Origin: a bacterium
GTDB taxonomy: Bacteria > UBA10199 > 2-02-FULL-44-16 > JAAZCA01
Length of the DNA: 64,000 bases
Direction of reading: 5' to 3'
Assembly (NCBI GenBank): GCA_963674695.2
Contig: CAXXGI010000002.1
Location: forward strand, 192,001-256,000
Shown here: piece by piece, positions 40,045 through 50,171 of the stretch
Numbering within the stretch: position 1 is the first letter of the stretch
How the letters are laid out: the number at the start of each line of letters is the position of its first letter
Notes under the pieces: model-generated
What the model was told of the DNA's origin: nothing
The model's database searches: none
The model's input: the letters and a program-made list of their open reading frames with translations, nothing else
Position numbers and translations under genes: made by a program

Positions 40045-42630
40045 TTAGAGGTTCTTCTTCTTCTTCTTCTTTGCAATCGGCCGTTTTTTCGGCGCCGTTT
40101 TCTTTGAGACCCTTTTCTTTGCAGCCGGCTTTTTCGGGGTGGCCTTTTTCCTCGGCGCTGACTTTTTCTTTGGTTTCTTTTCGTCGAGTGTTCCGCCCGA
40201 CATTGCGGCGATCAGTTCGTTCATCTCCTTGAGGCGTCCGGTCACGCGTCCGTGCACCGTATCCTTCGGGTAGGTTCGATCCGATCGCATCTTTCCCGCA
40301 GGCATTCCGGTGAGCAGTTCGATGCCCTCGTCGATGGTGGTGACCGACCAGATGTGGAACTGGCCGCGTTCCACCGCTTCGACGACATCGCGACGCAGCA
40401 TGAGGTGTCGTTCGTTCTGCACCGGAATGATCACGCCCTGCGTTCCGGTGAGCCCCTGTGCCTTGCAGACGTCGAAGAATCCCGCGATCTTTTCGTTGGC
40501 ACCGCCGATGGGCTGGATGTCGCCGAGTTGGTTGACCGACCCCGTGACCGCCACATCCTGTCGCAGCGGAATGTTCCCGAGCGATGAGAGCAGCGCATAG
40601 ATTTCGGTGGAAGAAGCGGAGTCGCCGTCCACGCCGCCATAGGACTGCTCAAAGCAGAGCGACGCGGTGAGGTTGAGGGGTTCGCGTTGGGCATATTTCT
40701 GTCGCAGAAATCCGGTGAGGATCAAAATGCCCTTGTCGTGGATGGGCCCGGAGAGTTTGGCCTCGCGCTCCACGTTGATGACGCCGCCTTTGCCCACGGA
40801 GGTGGTCGCCGTCACGCGCGAAGGTTTGCCAAACGAGGCGTGTCCCATGGAATAGACGGAGAGCCCGTTGACCTGACCGACGCGCGAGCCCTGAGAATCG
40901 ATGAGAATGATCCCCTCTTCGATGAGGCGCTGCACGTGTTCTTCGCTCAGGCGGTGTCGGTTGCGTTTGGCTTCGAGCGCACGTTCGACATGCGCGCCGG
41001 AAATGCCCTTGGCCTTCTCCTCGCGCGCCCAGTGGTCGGCCTCTCGCAGGATATCGGTGATGTAGGCAAAGCGCGTCGAGATGCGTTCCTGCTGACCCGC
41101 TTCTTCGATGCCGTGTTCGACCATCGCGATGAGCCCGTCGCAATCGAGCGGGAGCAACTCCCCGCGTTCGACCACCGCCTTGAGCACCTGCGCATATTCG
41201 TGCGCCGAATCCGTGGTGAGCTTCATGGTGGTGTCAAAATCGGCGAGCACTTTGAAGGTCTTCGGAAAGTCCTCTTCATAGCTGTAGAGCGCGCGGTAGA
41301 GCCAGGTCGGTCCGATCATGATGACCGTGACGTTTAAGTCGATCGGCTCCGGCTTAATCGCCAGCGGCGCCATCTGAAAATAGGTCTCGGGCTGCTGAAT
41401 GACGAGTTCCTCTGTGCGCAGCACCCGCTTGAGCTGATCCCAGACCATGGGGCGCCGGAGGATGTCCATGGCGTTGATGATGATGAAACCGCCGTCAGCG
41501 CGCAGAAGCGAGCCCGCCTTGATGTGACGGAAGTCCGTGCTCCAGTATCCGCCCGGAGCGACGTTGTATTCGATGGCGCCGAAGAAGTTCGTAAAGCTGG
41601 GATTGTGTTCCTCCACGATGGGCGCGCATCCCTCCTCGGTCGATTCCGCGCTCTGATCGTAGAGGAGGTTGACCTCGTAATACCAGAATTGATCCTCCTG
41701 GCGCTGTTGCCCGCCGCCGATGACGATGAGCCCCTCCTGCTGGGGGCTGTTTTCCTTTTTGCCGGCAAAGGCGTCGATGTGTTGGAGGATGTGACTCTTC
41801 ATGCGCAGGAGATATTTGCGAACCTTTTCTCCCTTGTAGCGCGCGCGCAGATCATCCATGAGCCCATCGAGAACGAGCGAAGCCGCGTGCTGCACGAGAC
41901 GATCGAGCGCCTGATGCATCTCCTTGCCGAGCGCGCGCGCCTTGGTCAGCACGTGTTTGAGATCGCCGGAGAGGATCTTGTGGCGCTTGAACTTGGTGTT
42001 GCGTTCCTCCTCCGTCATCTTTCCTTCGCGCACGAGGTTGTCGAGAAAGTCGATGGAGACGGCCTCTTTTCCGATGATGGGGAAAACCGTCGGCGCGACA
42101 TAGCCTCCCTCCTGCACCTGGATGAGCGCGAACTCCTCCTTCTTGAGTTGCTCGGCGAACTCTTCGAAGAGCTTCTTCTCTTCGCGCTGATAGCGGTCGA
42201 CGAGCATTTCGCGTTCACGCTGAACGTGCGGGGCCTCGATCGCCTTGGGCACCTCGGCGCGCAACACGCGCACGAATTCGGCCATGTCATCGCGAAAGGT
42301 GCGCCCGCGCCCCGGCTCGAAGGTGAGCAGCAACGGTTCCGATGCGTTCACGAAGTTATAGACATAGCAGCGATCCGGCGGCGGAGCGCCGGTGATCTTG
42401 GTCTGTTCGAGTGCGCGGCGAATCGTCGAGACGCGTCCGGTGCCGGACATGCCGGAGACGTAGATGTTAAAACCGGTCTTCTGCAGCTTGATGCCCAATT
42501 CCAGGGCCTCGATGGCGCGCTTTTGGCCCACGATGGCGGTGGTCGCTTCGAGCTTTTGGGGGTTCTTGAATGTTTCGAGCATGTGGGCGTCAGGCTGCCA
42601 GCGCAGCTTGTCGGCGGTGAGCTTGTTCAC
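40045..42630 (-). CDS. Lon-like protease (LonC-type, S16) with Lys-rich tail
   Basis: GQKRA, GQVNGL, FEQSYGGVDGDSAS (catalytic Ser), GGANEKI (catalytic Lys). Confidence 0.92.
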   Translation of the reverse strand: MNKLTADKLRWQPDAHMLETFKNPQKLEATTAIVGQKRAIEALELGIKLQKTGFNIYVSGMSGTGRVSTIRRALEQTKITGAPPPDRCYVYNFVNASEPLLLTFEPGRGRTFRDDMAEFVRVLRAEVPKAIEAPHVQREREMLVDRYQREEKKLFEEFAEQLKKEEFALIQVQEGGYVAPTVFPIIGKEAVSIDFLDNLVREGKMTEEERNTKFKRHKILSGDLKHVLTKARALGKEMHQALDRLVQHAASLVLDGLMDDLRARYKGEKVRKYLLRMKSHILQHIDAFAGKKENSPQQEGLIVIGGGQQRQEDQFWYYEVNLLYDQSAESTEEGCAPIVEEHNPSFTNFFGAIEYNVAPGGYWSTDFRHIKAGSLLRADGGFIIINAMDILRRPMVWDQLKRVLRTEELVIQQPETYFQMAPLAIKPEPIDLNVTVIMIGPTWLYRALYSYEEDFPKTFKVLADFDTTMKLTTDSAHEYAQVLKAVVERGELLPLDCDGLIAMVEHGIEEAGQQERISTRFAYITDILREADHWAREEKAKGISGAHVERALEAKRNRHRLSEEHVQRLIEEGIILIDSQGSRVGQVNGLSVYSMGHASFGKPSRVTATTSVGKGGVINVEREAKLSGPIHDKGILILTGFLRQKYAQREPLNLTASLCFEQSYGGVDGDSASSTEIYALLSSLGNIPLRQDVAVTGSVNQLGDIQPIGGANEKIAGFFDVCKAQGLTGTQGVIIPVQNERHLMLRRDVVEAVERGQFHIWSVTTIDEGIELLTGMPAGKMRSDRTYPKDTVHGRVTGRLKEMNELIAAMSGGTLDEKKPKKKSAPRKKATPKKPAAKKRVSKKTAPKKRPIAKKKKKKNL

Positions 42631-42739
42631 AGGGGTTCCTCTCTCGGGTTGGACGATTGTTTCGAGGCAAATACTAGGAAATCATTTCACATTTGTCCAG
42701 CCATGCCGCCAAGGAGGAGGCTATTCCTGAGATGGAGTG

Positions 42740-42885
42740 AGCCTTCGTCGGGAAGGACATTTTCGGTGACCGCCGTCTCGGCTCACACGCCGCCTCGACG
42801 GCTTTTTCTTCTTTCATCGCATTATCAGAGGCTTCGATCGCGATGAAAGAAGAGATCCCCTCAAATGTCCTTCCCGACGAAGGCT
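42740..42885 (+). repeat. ~145-nt structured dispersed element, copy 1
   Basis: Perfect 23-bp terminal IR; core nearly identical to 50172-50315. Confidence 0.85.
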
Positions 42886-43031
42886 TCATGAAATCACGTC
42901 TGAAGAAGCACCCCGATTCAAGCGGTCGGCATGTCACGTATCCGAATGATGGCTCCCTCATGACGGCCTCGGCTTTACATCGGCGGGTCCTTGGCGATAT
43001 ACCCGGCGGGTTCCTATCAGGAGGAGGGCGT

Positions 43032-45383
43032 ATGCGGTTTTTGGCGGAGACGGAGCGGGTTGTGCCCGAGGGGCGTGAGGCGATCGATGCGTTGCTGGCG
43101 TTGGCGTCCGAGCGTGAGCATCGGTCGCTGACCGAACACGAGACCTATGAGCTGCTTGCGGCCGCGGGGCTTGCTGTGCCGGCGTGGGTCTTTCATCCGA
43201 TCGACGTCGATGTGGATGCGCTCGACGGGGTGTTGCCGCATGCCGGGCCCTTCGTGGCGAAGATGGTCGTGGCGGGACAGACGCACAAGACCGAGCTCGG
43301 TGGCATTGCGCTCAATGTCACCGCCGACAATGCAGGCGATATCATCGAGCGGTTTCGAGCGCAGGCCGCGGGGAAGGTCGAACTCTTGGGCGTGCTCTTC
43401 GTCGATCAGGTTGCGCATGCGCGTGAGTTGGGCGGCGAGATGCTCATCGGTCTCTACCAGGATCCCTTCTTCGGACCCTGTGTGGCGCTGGGCTTCGGCG
43501 GCACCGGAACCGAATACTACAAGTCGATCATGCGGCCGCATGAGGCGCAGGTCTTTATTCCCGCCGACATCGACCTGGATTCGGTGCGGCATATTCTGTC
43601 GCGTCTTCCGGTGGTCGAGATGCTCGAAGGGCGCGTGCGCGGTGCATCGCAGCAACTCTCCTTCGATGCGTTGCTCACGGCTGTGCGCCTCTTTCAGACG
43701 CTGGCACGGTGGTATGCACCCGAAAACCCGGAGGCCGCATGCGTGATCGAGGAGCTGGAGGTCAATCCCGCGATTGCGCATGAGGGGCGCGTGATTGCGC
43801 TCGATGGCGTCTGCATCGTGGGGGAGGCAGATGCGGGAAGCGTGCGTCGACACAAGCCGTTGGGGAAGATCGCCCATCTGCTCGCGCCCAAGAGCATCGC
43901 CATCGCGGGGGTGAGCGCCAAGAATCGAATGAGTCCGGCGGGTATTATCCTCAAGAAGTGTTTGAAGCAGGGGATCGCGTCGGAGCAGATCGTGCTCATC
44001 CATCCGAAGGAGCGCGAGATCGAGGGGATCGCCTGCGTGCCGAACATGGAGGCGATGCTTGCGGCGCGAAACGGCGAGCCCGTCGATTGCCTCGTGGTGG
44101 GTGTGCCGGCAAAGGTCGCGGGTTCGCTCATCGCCGAGTCGTTCGAACGATATGCCGCGCACAGTCTTCAGGTGATCTCAGCCGGGTTCGGCGAAACCGA
44201 GGCGGGGCGTTCCATGCAGCAGGAGTTGAGCACGCGTTTGCAGGCGCTCGACGCCACGCCCGAACGTCGGCCGGTCGTCAATGGTCCGAATACGCTCGGA
44301 AACACCTATCGTGGTTTCGATACCCTCTTCACGCCGCGCTATAAATCCTCCGGCACTGGGGCGGGGCGCACCAACGCCGCGCTCATCTGCCAGAGCGGCG
44401 CGTTCATGATCACGCGCATCTCGGATCTGGCCGACCGGGTCGCGCCGGCCATCGCCGTTTCGGTGGGCAATCAGATGGATCTCTCCGTCACTGATTTTTA
44501 TGAACACCTGCTCGAGGAGGAGGGGATCTCCACCTATGGCCTCTACATCGAGGGGCTCTGTGCGGGCGATGGCATTCGCCTCATGCGCCTGGTGCATGAG
44601 GCGCGCGAGCGGGGAAAGTTCACCGTGATCTATCGGGCGGGGCGCACCGAAGCGGGCATGGAGGCGGCGCGTGGGCATACCGCGGCGATGGCGGGCGACT
44701 ACGATATGTTCGCGCACCTGATGTATCGCTCCTGCGCGATGGTGGCCGACACCTTCGAGCGCTTCGACGACCTGATGATGTTGGCAACTTTCTGCGATCA
44801 GCTTCCCGAGCTCATGCAGGTGCCCGAAGGGCGCATCGGCGTGGCCGCGCTGTCCAACGCGGGGTTTGAAAAATGCGCGATGGCCGATCACCTGATGGAG
44901 CGGGATTCGCTCGCCTTTGAGTTGGCGCCGTTTACACCGGAGACGGTCGAGCGACTTCGGGCCATCTATGCGGAGTATGGCATCGGTGCGATCCTCGATA
45001 TCGGCGAGGTCCTCGATCTCTCGCCGATGATGAGCGATGCGGGATATGAACAGGTCATTCGTACGGTGCTGGATGATACTCATGTCCATTTCGGTGTTTT
45101 CTCGATCGTCCCCGAGACCGGCATGCTCAACACCTGCGAACCGGGCGATCGCCATCGCGAAGACCTGATGCGCGACGGCTCCATCCTCGATCGCCTCGCT
45201 CGAATCCGTCGCGAGGTGCACAAGCCCTTCGTCGTCTCCATCGAATCGGGCTCGCTCTACGATCGCTTTGCCCACGAACTCCTCGCCGCCGGCATCCCCG
45301 CCTTTCGTAGCGCGGACACCGCCGCCCGTGCGGTGGCAACTTGCCTCGATGCCATACGCCCCGATGTCTTGGCGGGTCGTTGA
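43032..45383 (+). CDS. ADP-forming acyl-CoA synthetase (ATP-grasp first, then CoA-binding)
   Basis: HKTELGG, QDPFFGP and EVNP ATP-grasp motifs, then ISAGFGE, NGPNTLG, QSGA, SVGNQMD and GHTAAMAG. GGAGG RBS. Confidence 0.88.
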   Translation: MRFLAETERVVPEGREAIDALLALASEREHRSLTEHETYELLAAAGLAVPAWVFHPIDVDVDALDGVLPHAGPFVAKMVVAGQTHKTELGGIALNVTADNAGDIIERFRAQAAGKVELLGVLFVDQVAHARELGGEMLIGLYQDPFFGPCVALGFGGTGTEYYKSIMRPHEAQVFIPADIDLDSVRHILSRLPVVEMLEGRVRGASQQLSFDALLTAVRLFQTLARWYAPENPEAACVIEELEVNPAIAHEGRVIALDGVCIVGEADAGSVRRHKPLGKIAHLLAPKSIAIAGVSAKNRMSPAGIILKKCLKQGIASEQIVLIHPKEREIEGIACVPNMEAMLAARNGEPVDCLVVGVPAKVAGSLIAESFERYAAHSLQVISAGFGETEAGRSMQQELSTRLQALDATPERRPVVNGPNTLGNTYRGFDTLFTPRYKSSGTGAGRTNAALICQSGAFMITRISDLADRVAPAIAVSVGNQMDLSVTDFYEHLLEEEGISTYGLYIEGLCAGDGIRLMRLVHEARERGKFTVIYRAGRTEAGMEAARGHTAAMAGDYDMFAHLMYRSCAMVADTFERFDDLMMLATFCDQLPELMQVPEGRIGVAALSNAGFEKCAMADHLMERDSLAFELAPFTPETVERLRAIYAEYGIGAILDIGEVLDLSPMMSDAGYEQVIRTVLDDTHVHFGVFSIVPETGMLNTCEPGDRHREDLMRDGSILDRLARIRREVHKPFVVSIESGSLYDRFAHELLAAGIPAFRSADTAARAVATCLDAIRPDVLAGR

Positions 45384-45612
45384 AAAAGGGCCAGACCTTA
45401 CATCGGGGACGGTTCGGGTTTTTGTTAACCTGTTGATAATGCAGGTGAATTCATGGTTTTCGCGTCCATCGAGAACCGTCCCCGATGGCCGGTTTTTGTC
45501 GGATAATTTTGTGGTTTTGGGGCGGTTACGCTGTTATAAAGGAACGACCAACACGGCACCATCGGCCGGGGGACCGAGGAAGCCACGCGAGGTTCGTGGA
45601 AAGGGGTCCCCC

Positions 45613-47292
45613 ATGTCCGACGTACTGCTCGTCTCTGATTCGAACGCCTCCACACCAAAACGCATCGACGATAGCTGGGAACAACAGCGTATCCCGCAAG
45701 AGGATACCCACGCCGAGCGACTTCCAACAGGATCCTGCGAGCCGGTGATGTTCAGCGTGGATGAATTGGCACAGCTCGTCTATCCGCGGCTTTCCGAATC
45801 GCTGCAACAGGAGCTGAACGCTATCGGTCAGACGCGCCAAAAGCCGGGGTGGAGTCAGCTCTCCTTCTTTCTCGGCGGCACCTTCGAGCGCGGCGGGCTC
45901 AACTCGCGTGATCAGCGTACGTCAAGTGTGCGTGTCTGGAATCAAGACAAACAGAAATATATCAGTCGGCGCGTCGCCGACTGGGATCACATCTGGCGCT
46001 CCGAGGCCTTTCGGTATCGGTTCGTCGCGACGGAGGGAACGCTCGGATCGAGGATCGATTCGGATACGAAGCTCTCCGCACACGAAAAACACGTCGTCCG
46101 TCAGGTCATGAATTCGCTTTTGGCCGCAGCCCCCGGCGGCGGTTCGCGAAACCTGATCGAGTCGATCTATTTTCCGAGCTTTCCCCTCGAAGGGGCCGCA
46201 CGCCGCGCGACGCGCGGAAACGTCTTCACGCCGTGCCTCGTCCTCAAGATCAGCGACGGCGACACGATCACGGTCGAGGTGCGGCCCAGCGGCTGTAAAT
46301 CCTATGTGAACGCCATCCGGTTTGCCGGCATCGATACGCCGGAGAAATTTCGGTCGACGAAGTTTTACGCCCAGATGGACGGCATCATCGACAAATGGCG
46401 AAGAGAGGGGCTCGTCTCGAAGCGGGAGATGATGGTGATCGCCGCCAACGAGGAGAGGCGTGCCCAGCTTCGTGCCATCAAGAAATCGACGAGGAGCGTG
46501 AAGCGCACGCCGCTGGAACAGCTTCTGGCCAATCGCATGGAGTATGCGGGGGCTGTGAGTTCGCTCGTCATGAAGGACCTGCTCGCCTGGGCGATGGCGA
46601 AAAAATGCGGGTTTGCCCTGGAGGAGACCTACAACCGCGTCCTCAAGCCCGGCCAGGACCCGATCGCCTGCGACATGGTGACGCTCTACGGCAACTACAT
46701 GCGCGATATCGCGGTCGTGCGCCTCCTCAAACCGGAGCTCATCGAACAGTATATGCGCGAGCGCCTGCCGGTCCTGATGCGCGACGGTGGAAATTTTTCC
46801 TGGCTCAAGGCTTCGCAAGCGGACGTGAATGGCAATAAAGCGGAACCCACCAACGGTCGCGAGCTGTGGGCGAACTATCAGCTCTCGACGCTTTCGAAGG
46901 CGGAGAAGGACTATCTCAAAAAATTGCGCAAGGGCGGGCGCCACAAACTCGCTGACCTGCTCGACCCGGCCAAGTTCCCCGCGCCCTGGGAGATGTTCTC
47001 GCCGAAGAAGACCCGGAAGATGGTGGAGGGATATGCGGCGTTGCTCGACAAACACCCCGACCGCCGCGGCGACTTGAACCTGGCGATGATCGCCATGGGC
47101 GGGTCGTATGCCTACGCCAAGTACCGCAACGACCACACCGACACGTATCTGGCCGCCAGTGCCTTCGTCGAAAAGCATAAGTTGGGAATCTGGGGCGAGG
47201 AGACCGTGCGCCTGCTCGACGTGAACAAATGGATCGTGCGCAACGGAAAGCTCGAGCCCTTCACGCCTCCGAAGGATTGCCTCACATCATAG
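45613..47292 (+). CDS. Thermonuclease (SNase)-domain protein with large insertions
   Basis: ISDGDTI, IRFAGIDTPE, DLNLAMIAMG.SYAY and KLGIW motifs; no signal peptide. Confidence 0.7.
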   Translation: MSDVLLVSDSNASTPKRIDDSWEQQRIPQEDTHAERLPTGSCEPVMFSVDELAQLVYPRLSESLQQELNAIGQTRQKPGWSQLSFFLGGTFERGGLNSRDQRTSSVRVWNQDKQKYISRRVADWDHIWRSEAFRYRFVATEGTLGSRIDSDTKLSAHEKHVVRQVMNSLLAAAPGGGSRNLIESIYFPSFPLEGAARRATRGNVFTPCLVLKISDGDTITVEVRPSGCKSYVNAIRFAGIDTPEKFRSTKFYAQMDGIIDKWRREGLVSKREMMVIAANEERRAQLRAIKKSTRSVKRTPLEQLLANRMEYAGAVSSLVMKDLLAWAMAKKCGFALEETYNRVLKPGQDPIACDMVTLYGNYMRDIAVVRLLKPELIEQYMRERLPVLMRDGGNFSWLKASQADVNGNKAEPTNGRELWANYQLSTLSKAEKDYLKKLRKGGRHKLADLLDPAKFPAPWEMFSPKKTRKMVEGYAALLDKHPDRRGDLNLAMIAMGGSYAYAKYRNDHTDTYLAASAFVEKHKLGIWGEETVRLLDVNKWIVRNGKLEPFTPPKDCLTS

Positions 47293-47322
47293 CGTTGAAC
47301 TATAGCTGGGGAACGAAGAGAA

Positions 47323-47898
47323 CTATCCGACGGCCGCTTCGCCGAAGGCAAACGCGCGCCTATTGAGTTCGATGACCTTTTCGCCCTTCTTGGCGAAACG
47401 CTTCTCGACGTCGGCGATAATTCCCTCTTTGAGGTTATCGAGATCGAGGGCGGCGCACAGCGCGCCGACCATGGCGACGTTGATCATGCGCTCGTTTTTG
47501 AGTTCGTCGACCAGCGCATTGGCGTCCACGACGACTGTCTTGCAGCGCTCGGCCAGTGCCGAGAGAATCTTGGCTTCATCCGGATAGGCGATGTTCTTGA
47601 TCGGCCGATTGCTCGTGATCACCACGCCCTCCGGCGAGAGATAGTCGACATAGCGCAGCGCCTCCATCGGTTCGGTGGCGAGGATATAATCTCCCGCCCC
47701 CTTCGGGATGATGTCGCTGTGGATCTCGCCGTCGGAGAGCCGAACGAAGCAGACCACCGCGCCGCCGCGCTGGGCCATACCGTGCACCTCGTTCTGCTTG
47801 GAGTTGAGTCCAAGCTTTCCCGTCTGCGTCACGACCATGGCCGCCGCTGAAACGATTCCCTGTCCGCCAACTCCTGCGAATACGATGTCATATTTCAT
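47323..47898 (-). CDS. iorB: Indolepyruvate:ferredoxin oxidoreductase beta subunit
   Basis: AGVGGQGI, EVHGMAQRGG, EPMEALRY. Confidence 0.93.
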   Translation of the reverse strand: MKYDIVFAGVGGQGIVSAAAMVVTQTGKLGLNSKQNEVHGMAQRGGAVVCFVRLSDGEIHSDIIPKGAGDYILATEPMEALRYVDYLSPEGVVITSNRPIKNIAYPDEAKILSALAERCKTVVVDANALVDELKNERMINVAMVGALCAALDLDNLKEGIIADVEKRFAKKGEKVIELNRRAFAFGEAAVG

Positions 47899-47911
47899 GA
47901 TGAACTCCGTG

Positions 47912-48449
47912 AGATGGTGAGATAGCTCAATAGTAAGATGGCTCAACGGCATAAAAGCTTCAAAAAACTACTTCGTGAGTGCTTTGTAAAAATTCGTCAA
48001 CGAGCGACCGACGAGATCGTTGACGCGCCGGAGCTCTTCAAAATCCTCATTTCTGAAATACTCCAATTCTTGAGCAATGAGCATGAATGTTTCAACTTCT
48101 GCATTCGATCCGAGTGCAATGCTGATGAAACGTGATTTTTCTCTATCATAGCGACGACTATAGCCTTCGGCGATGTTGGCTGGAATAGATGCTGCGCATC
48201 GGCGAAGTTGCGAAACGATTCCGTATAGTTCTTCCTTCGGAAAAGACTTGGTGGATCGGTAAACGAGCAAACACTGATCAAATGCAGCTCGCCAAACATC
48301 GAGGTCCTTATATGATTGAATTGCCTTTGCCACCTTTGCCTTTTCACGATGTTCGGCTGTCAAACGACAGCGCTTTATTTGTTTGCGCTATCTCACCATT
48401 ACGCCATCTTGCCATTGAGCCATCTCACGATTGAGCTATCTCGCCATCT
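47912..48449. mobile_element. IR-bracketed four-helix-bundle cassette
   Basis: 40-nt arms 47912-47951 and 48410-48449 (4 mismatches) built from 8-mer repeats; interior AT-richer than the flanking genes. Confidence 0.6.
47968..48363 (-). CDS. Four-helix bundle protein (23S rRNA IVP / bAvd-like family)
   Basis: SYKDLDVW, FPKEELYGIVSQLRR, SIPANIAEG and IALGS.AE motifs. Start uncertain (TTG 48363 or GTG 48333). Confidence 0.93.
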   Translation of the reverse strand: MTAEHREKAKVAKAIQSYKDLDVWRAAFDQCLLVYRSTKSFPKEELYGIVSQLRRCAASIPANIAEGYSRRYDREKSRFISIALGSNAEVETFMLIAQELEYFRNEDFEELRRVNDLVGRSLTNFYKALTK

Positions 48450-50049
48450 AACGAATCTGCACACACTTCCTCTTTGCAATTACCACGCTCGGCCCGCGAT
48501 ATTCCAATTCTTCGCGGAGCACGCGGGTGTTCTCCTCGTGATTCTTCGGCAGCGGGGTGATGACGCGCAGGTGCGCGCGGTCGATGCCCAGACCCAGGAC
48601 GAGTTTTTCGAGCGCGGCCTCACCGACGATCGTCTCCTGCCCGCCGGTCATGCCGGTCGTGGAGTTGTCGAGGATGATCGTTGTAAAGGGCGTTCCGCGC
48701 GCGATGCCTTCCGCAAGCGGCGTGATGCCGGAATGGTCGAAGGTGGAGTCGCCGAGCACGGCGATCGCATAAGGCAGGCCCTGTTCGCCGGCGGCCTTGG
48801 CCATGGAGACCGAGGCCCCCATGCAGAGGCAGGAATGGATCGCCTCGAAGGGCGGATAGAATCCCAACGTGTAGCAACCGATATCGGAGAAGACGAGTCG
48901 CTCGGATTCCTTGCCTTCGCACGCGGCCTTTAAGGCCTTGTACGTATCATCGTGCGGGCAGCCGCGGCAGAGTGCCGGCGGGCGCGTGCGGACGAGATCG
49001 TCGCTTGCGGGTGCACAGGCTTTACGCGGCGCCAACCCGAGGGCTGTGCGCACGTTGTCGGCGTTGAGTTCTCCCGAGCGCGGCAGCGTGCCGTCGAGTT
49101 TTCCGTGCACGGGGACAAGCTTTCCGGCCTTGGCCAGATAGGCGGGCAGCATCCGCTCGATGAAGGGATAGCCCTCTTCGATGACGAGGATCTCCTCGGA
49201 AGCGGTGATCAGTTCGCGCACCTTCGATTCGGGCAGCGGGTATTGGCCGATGCGCAGGAAGGAACACTCCAGCCCGCCCTCGGCATAGTTTTCCATGAAG
49301 GAGTTGAATCCCAGTCCCGCGACGACGATGCCCAGCCGCGCTCCAGGCGTGAGCGTGAGTTCGTTGAATGCGCTCGCCTCAGCGGCCTTTACGAGTTCAC
49401 TCTGTTTGCCTAACAGTTTTTCATATTGCGGACGCGCGTTCGACGGCAATAGCGTCCAGCGGTTGAAGTCGGTCGGGATCGTCAGCGTTTTCCGTTCTTC
49501 GGTCGCCGCGAATTCAACCTTCGCGCGCGTGTGGGAGATGCGCGTGGTCAGGCGCATCATCACCGGGATCTCCAGACGTTCAGAGAGCGCAAACGCCTGT
49601 CGCGTCATGTCGTAGGCCTGCTGTTGCGTGTGCGGCTCGAAGCAGGGGATCTGCGCGAAATCCGAAAAGTAGCGGCTGTCCTGTTCGTTCTGCGAGGAGT
49701 GCATCGACGGATCATCGGCGACCGCGATGACCATTCCCCCCGCGCAACCGGTGACCGCCGCGTTCATGAAGGGGTCAGCGGCGACATTCAGGCCCACGTG
49801 TTTCATGTTCACGAGCGCGCGCAGACCGAGCATCGAGGCGCCCACCGCCTCTTCCATGGCGACCTTCTCGTTGATCGACCAGGCGTTCGTGATGCCGCAA
49901 TCGGGGTAGGTGGCGGCGTATTTTTGGATCGCCTCCTGGATCTCGGTGGCGGGCGTGCCCGGATAGGCGTAGCTGCCGGAGATGCCGGCATGGATGGCGG
50001 CCATGGCCACCGCTTCGTCGCCCAGAAGCGTCATGGTGTGTGCGGTCAT
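48448..50049 (-). CDS. iorA: Indolepyruvate:ferredoxin oxidoreductase alpha subunit
   Basis: YPGTPATE, MKHVGLNVAAD, SSQNEQDSR, RPPALCRGCPH, DIGCY, GDSTF. Confidence 0.93.
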   Translation of the reverse strand: MTAHTMTLLGDEAVAMAAIHAGISGSYAYPGTPATEIQEAIQKYAATYPDCGITNAWSINEKVAMEEAVGASMLGLRALVNMKHVGLNVAADPFMNAAVTGCAGGMVIAVADDPSMHSSQNEQDSRYFSDFAQIPCFEPHTQQQAYDMTRQAFALSERLEIPVMMRLTTRISHTRAKVEFAATEERKTLTIPTDFNRWTLLPSNARPQYEKLLGKQSELVKAAEASAFNELTLTPGARLGIVVAGLGFNSFMENYAEGGLECSFLRIGQYPLPESKVRELITASEEILVIEEGYPFIERMLPAYLAKAGKLVPVHGKLDGTLPRSGELNADNVRTALGLAPRKACAPASDDLVRTRPPALCRGCPHDDTYKALKAACEGKESERLVFSDIGCYTLGFYPPFEAIHSCLCMGASVSMAKAAGEQGLPYAIAVLGDSTFDHSGITPLAEGIARGTPFTTIILDNSTTGMTGGQETIVGEAALEKLVLGLGIDRAHLRVITPLPKNHEENTRVLREELEYRGPSVVIAKRKCVQIR

Positions 50050-50171
50050 AAGAACCCTCCCCACGTGCGAGCAGAAGCGCTCGCGCGTCCATCGTATAGT
50101 CCGGCAAAGGGCTTCAAGTCAAATACTGGCGCGCGATACCGCCTCCTTCCTATGCCGATGTTCTCTTCGTG

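Noticed and set aside
38812-43031. Extended N-termini in the ORF track (e.g. starts at 40041 and 42843; also 19856, 47952, 50324)
   Set aside because: Extensions run through repeat elements or upstream DNA; downstream ATGs fit SD sites and family N-termini better.
47968-48363. Diversity-generating retroelement, because of the Avd-like gene
   Set aside because: No reverse transcriptase and no TR/VR pair with adenine-specific mismatches seen in the window.
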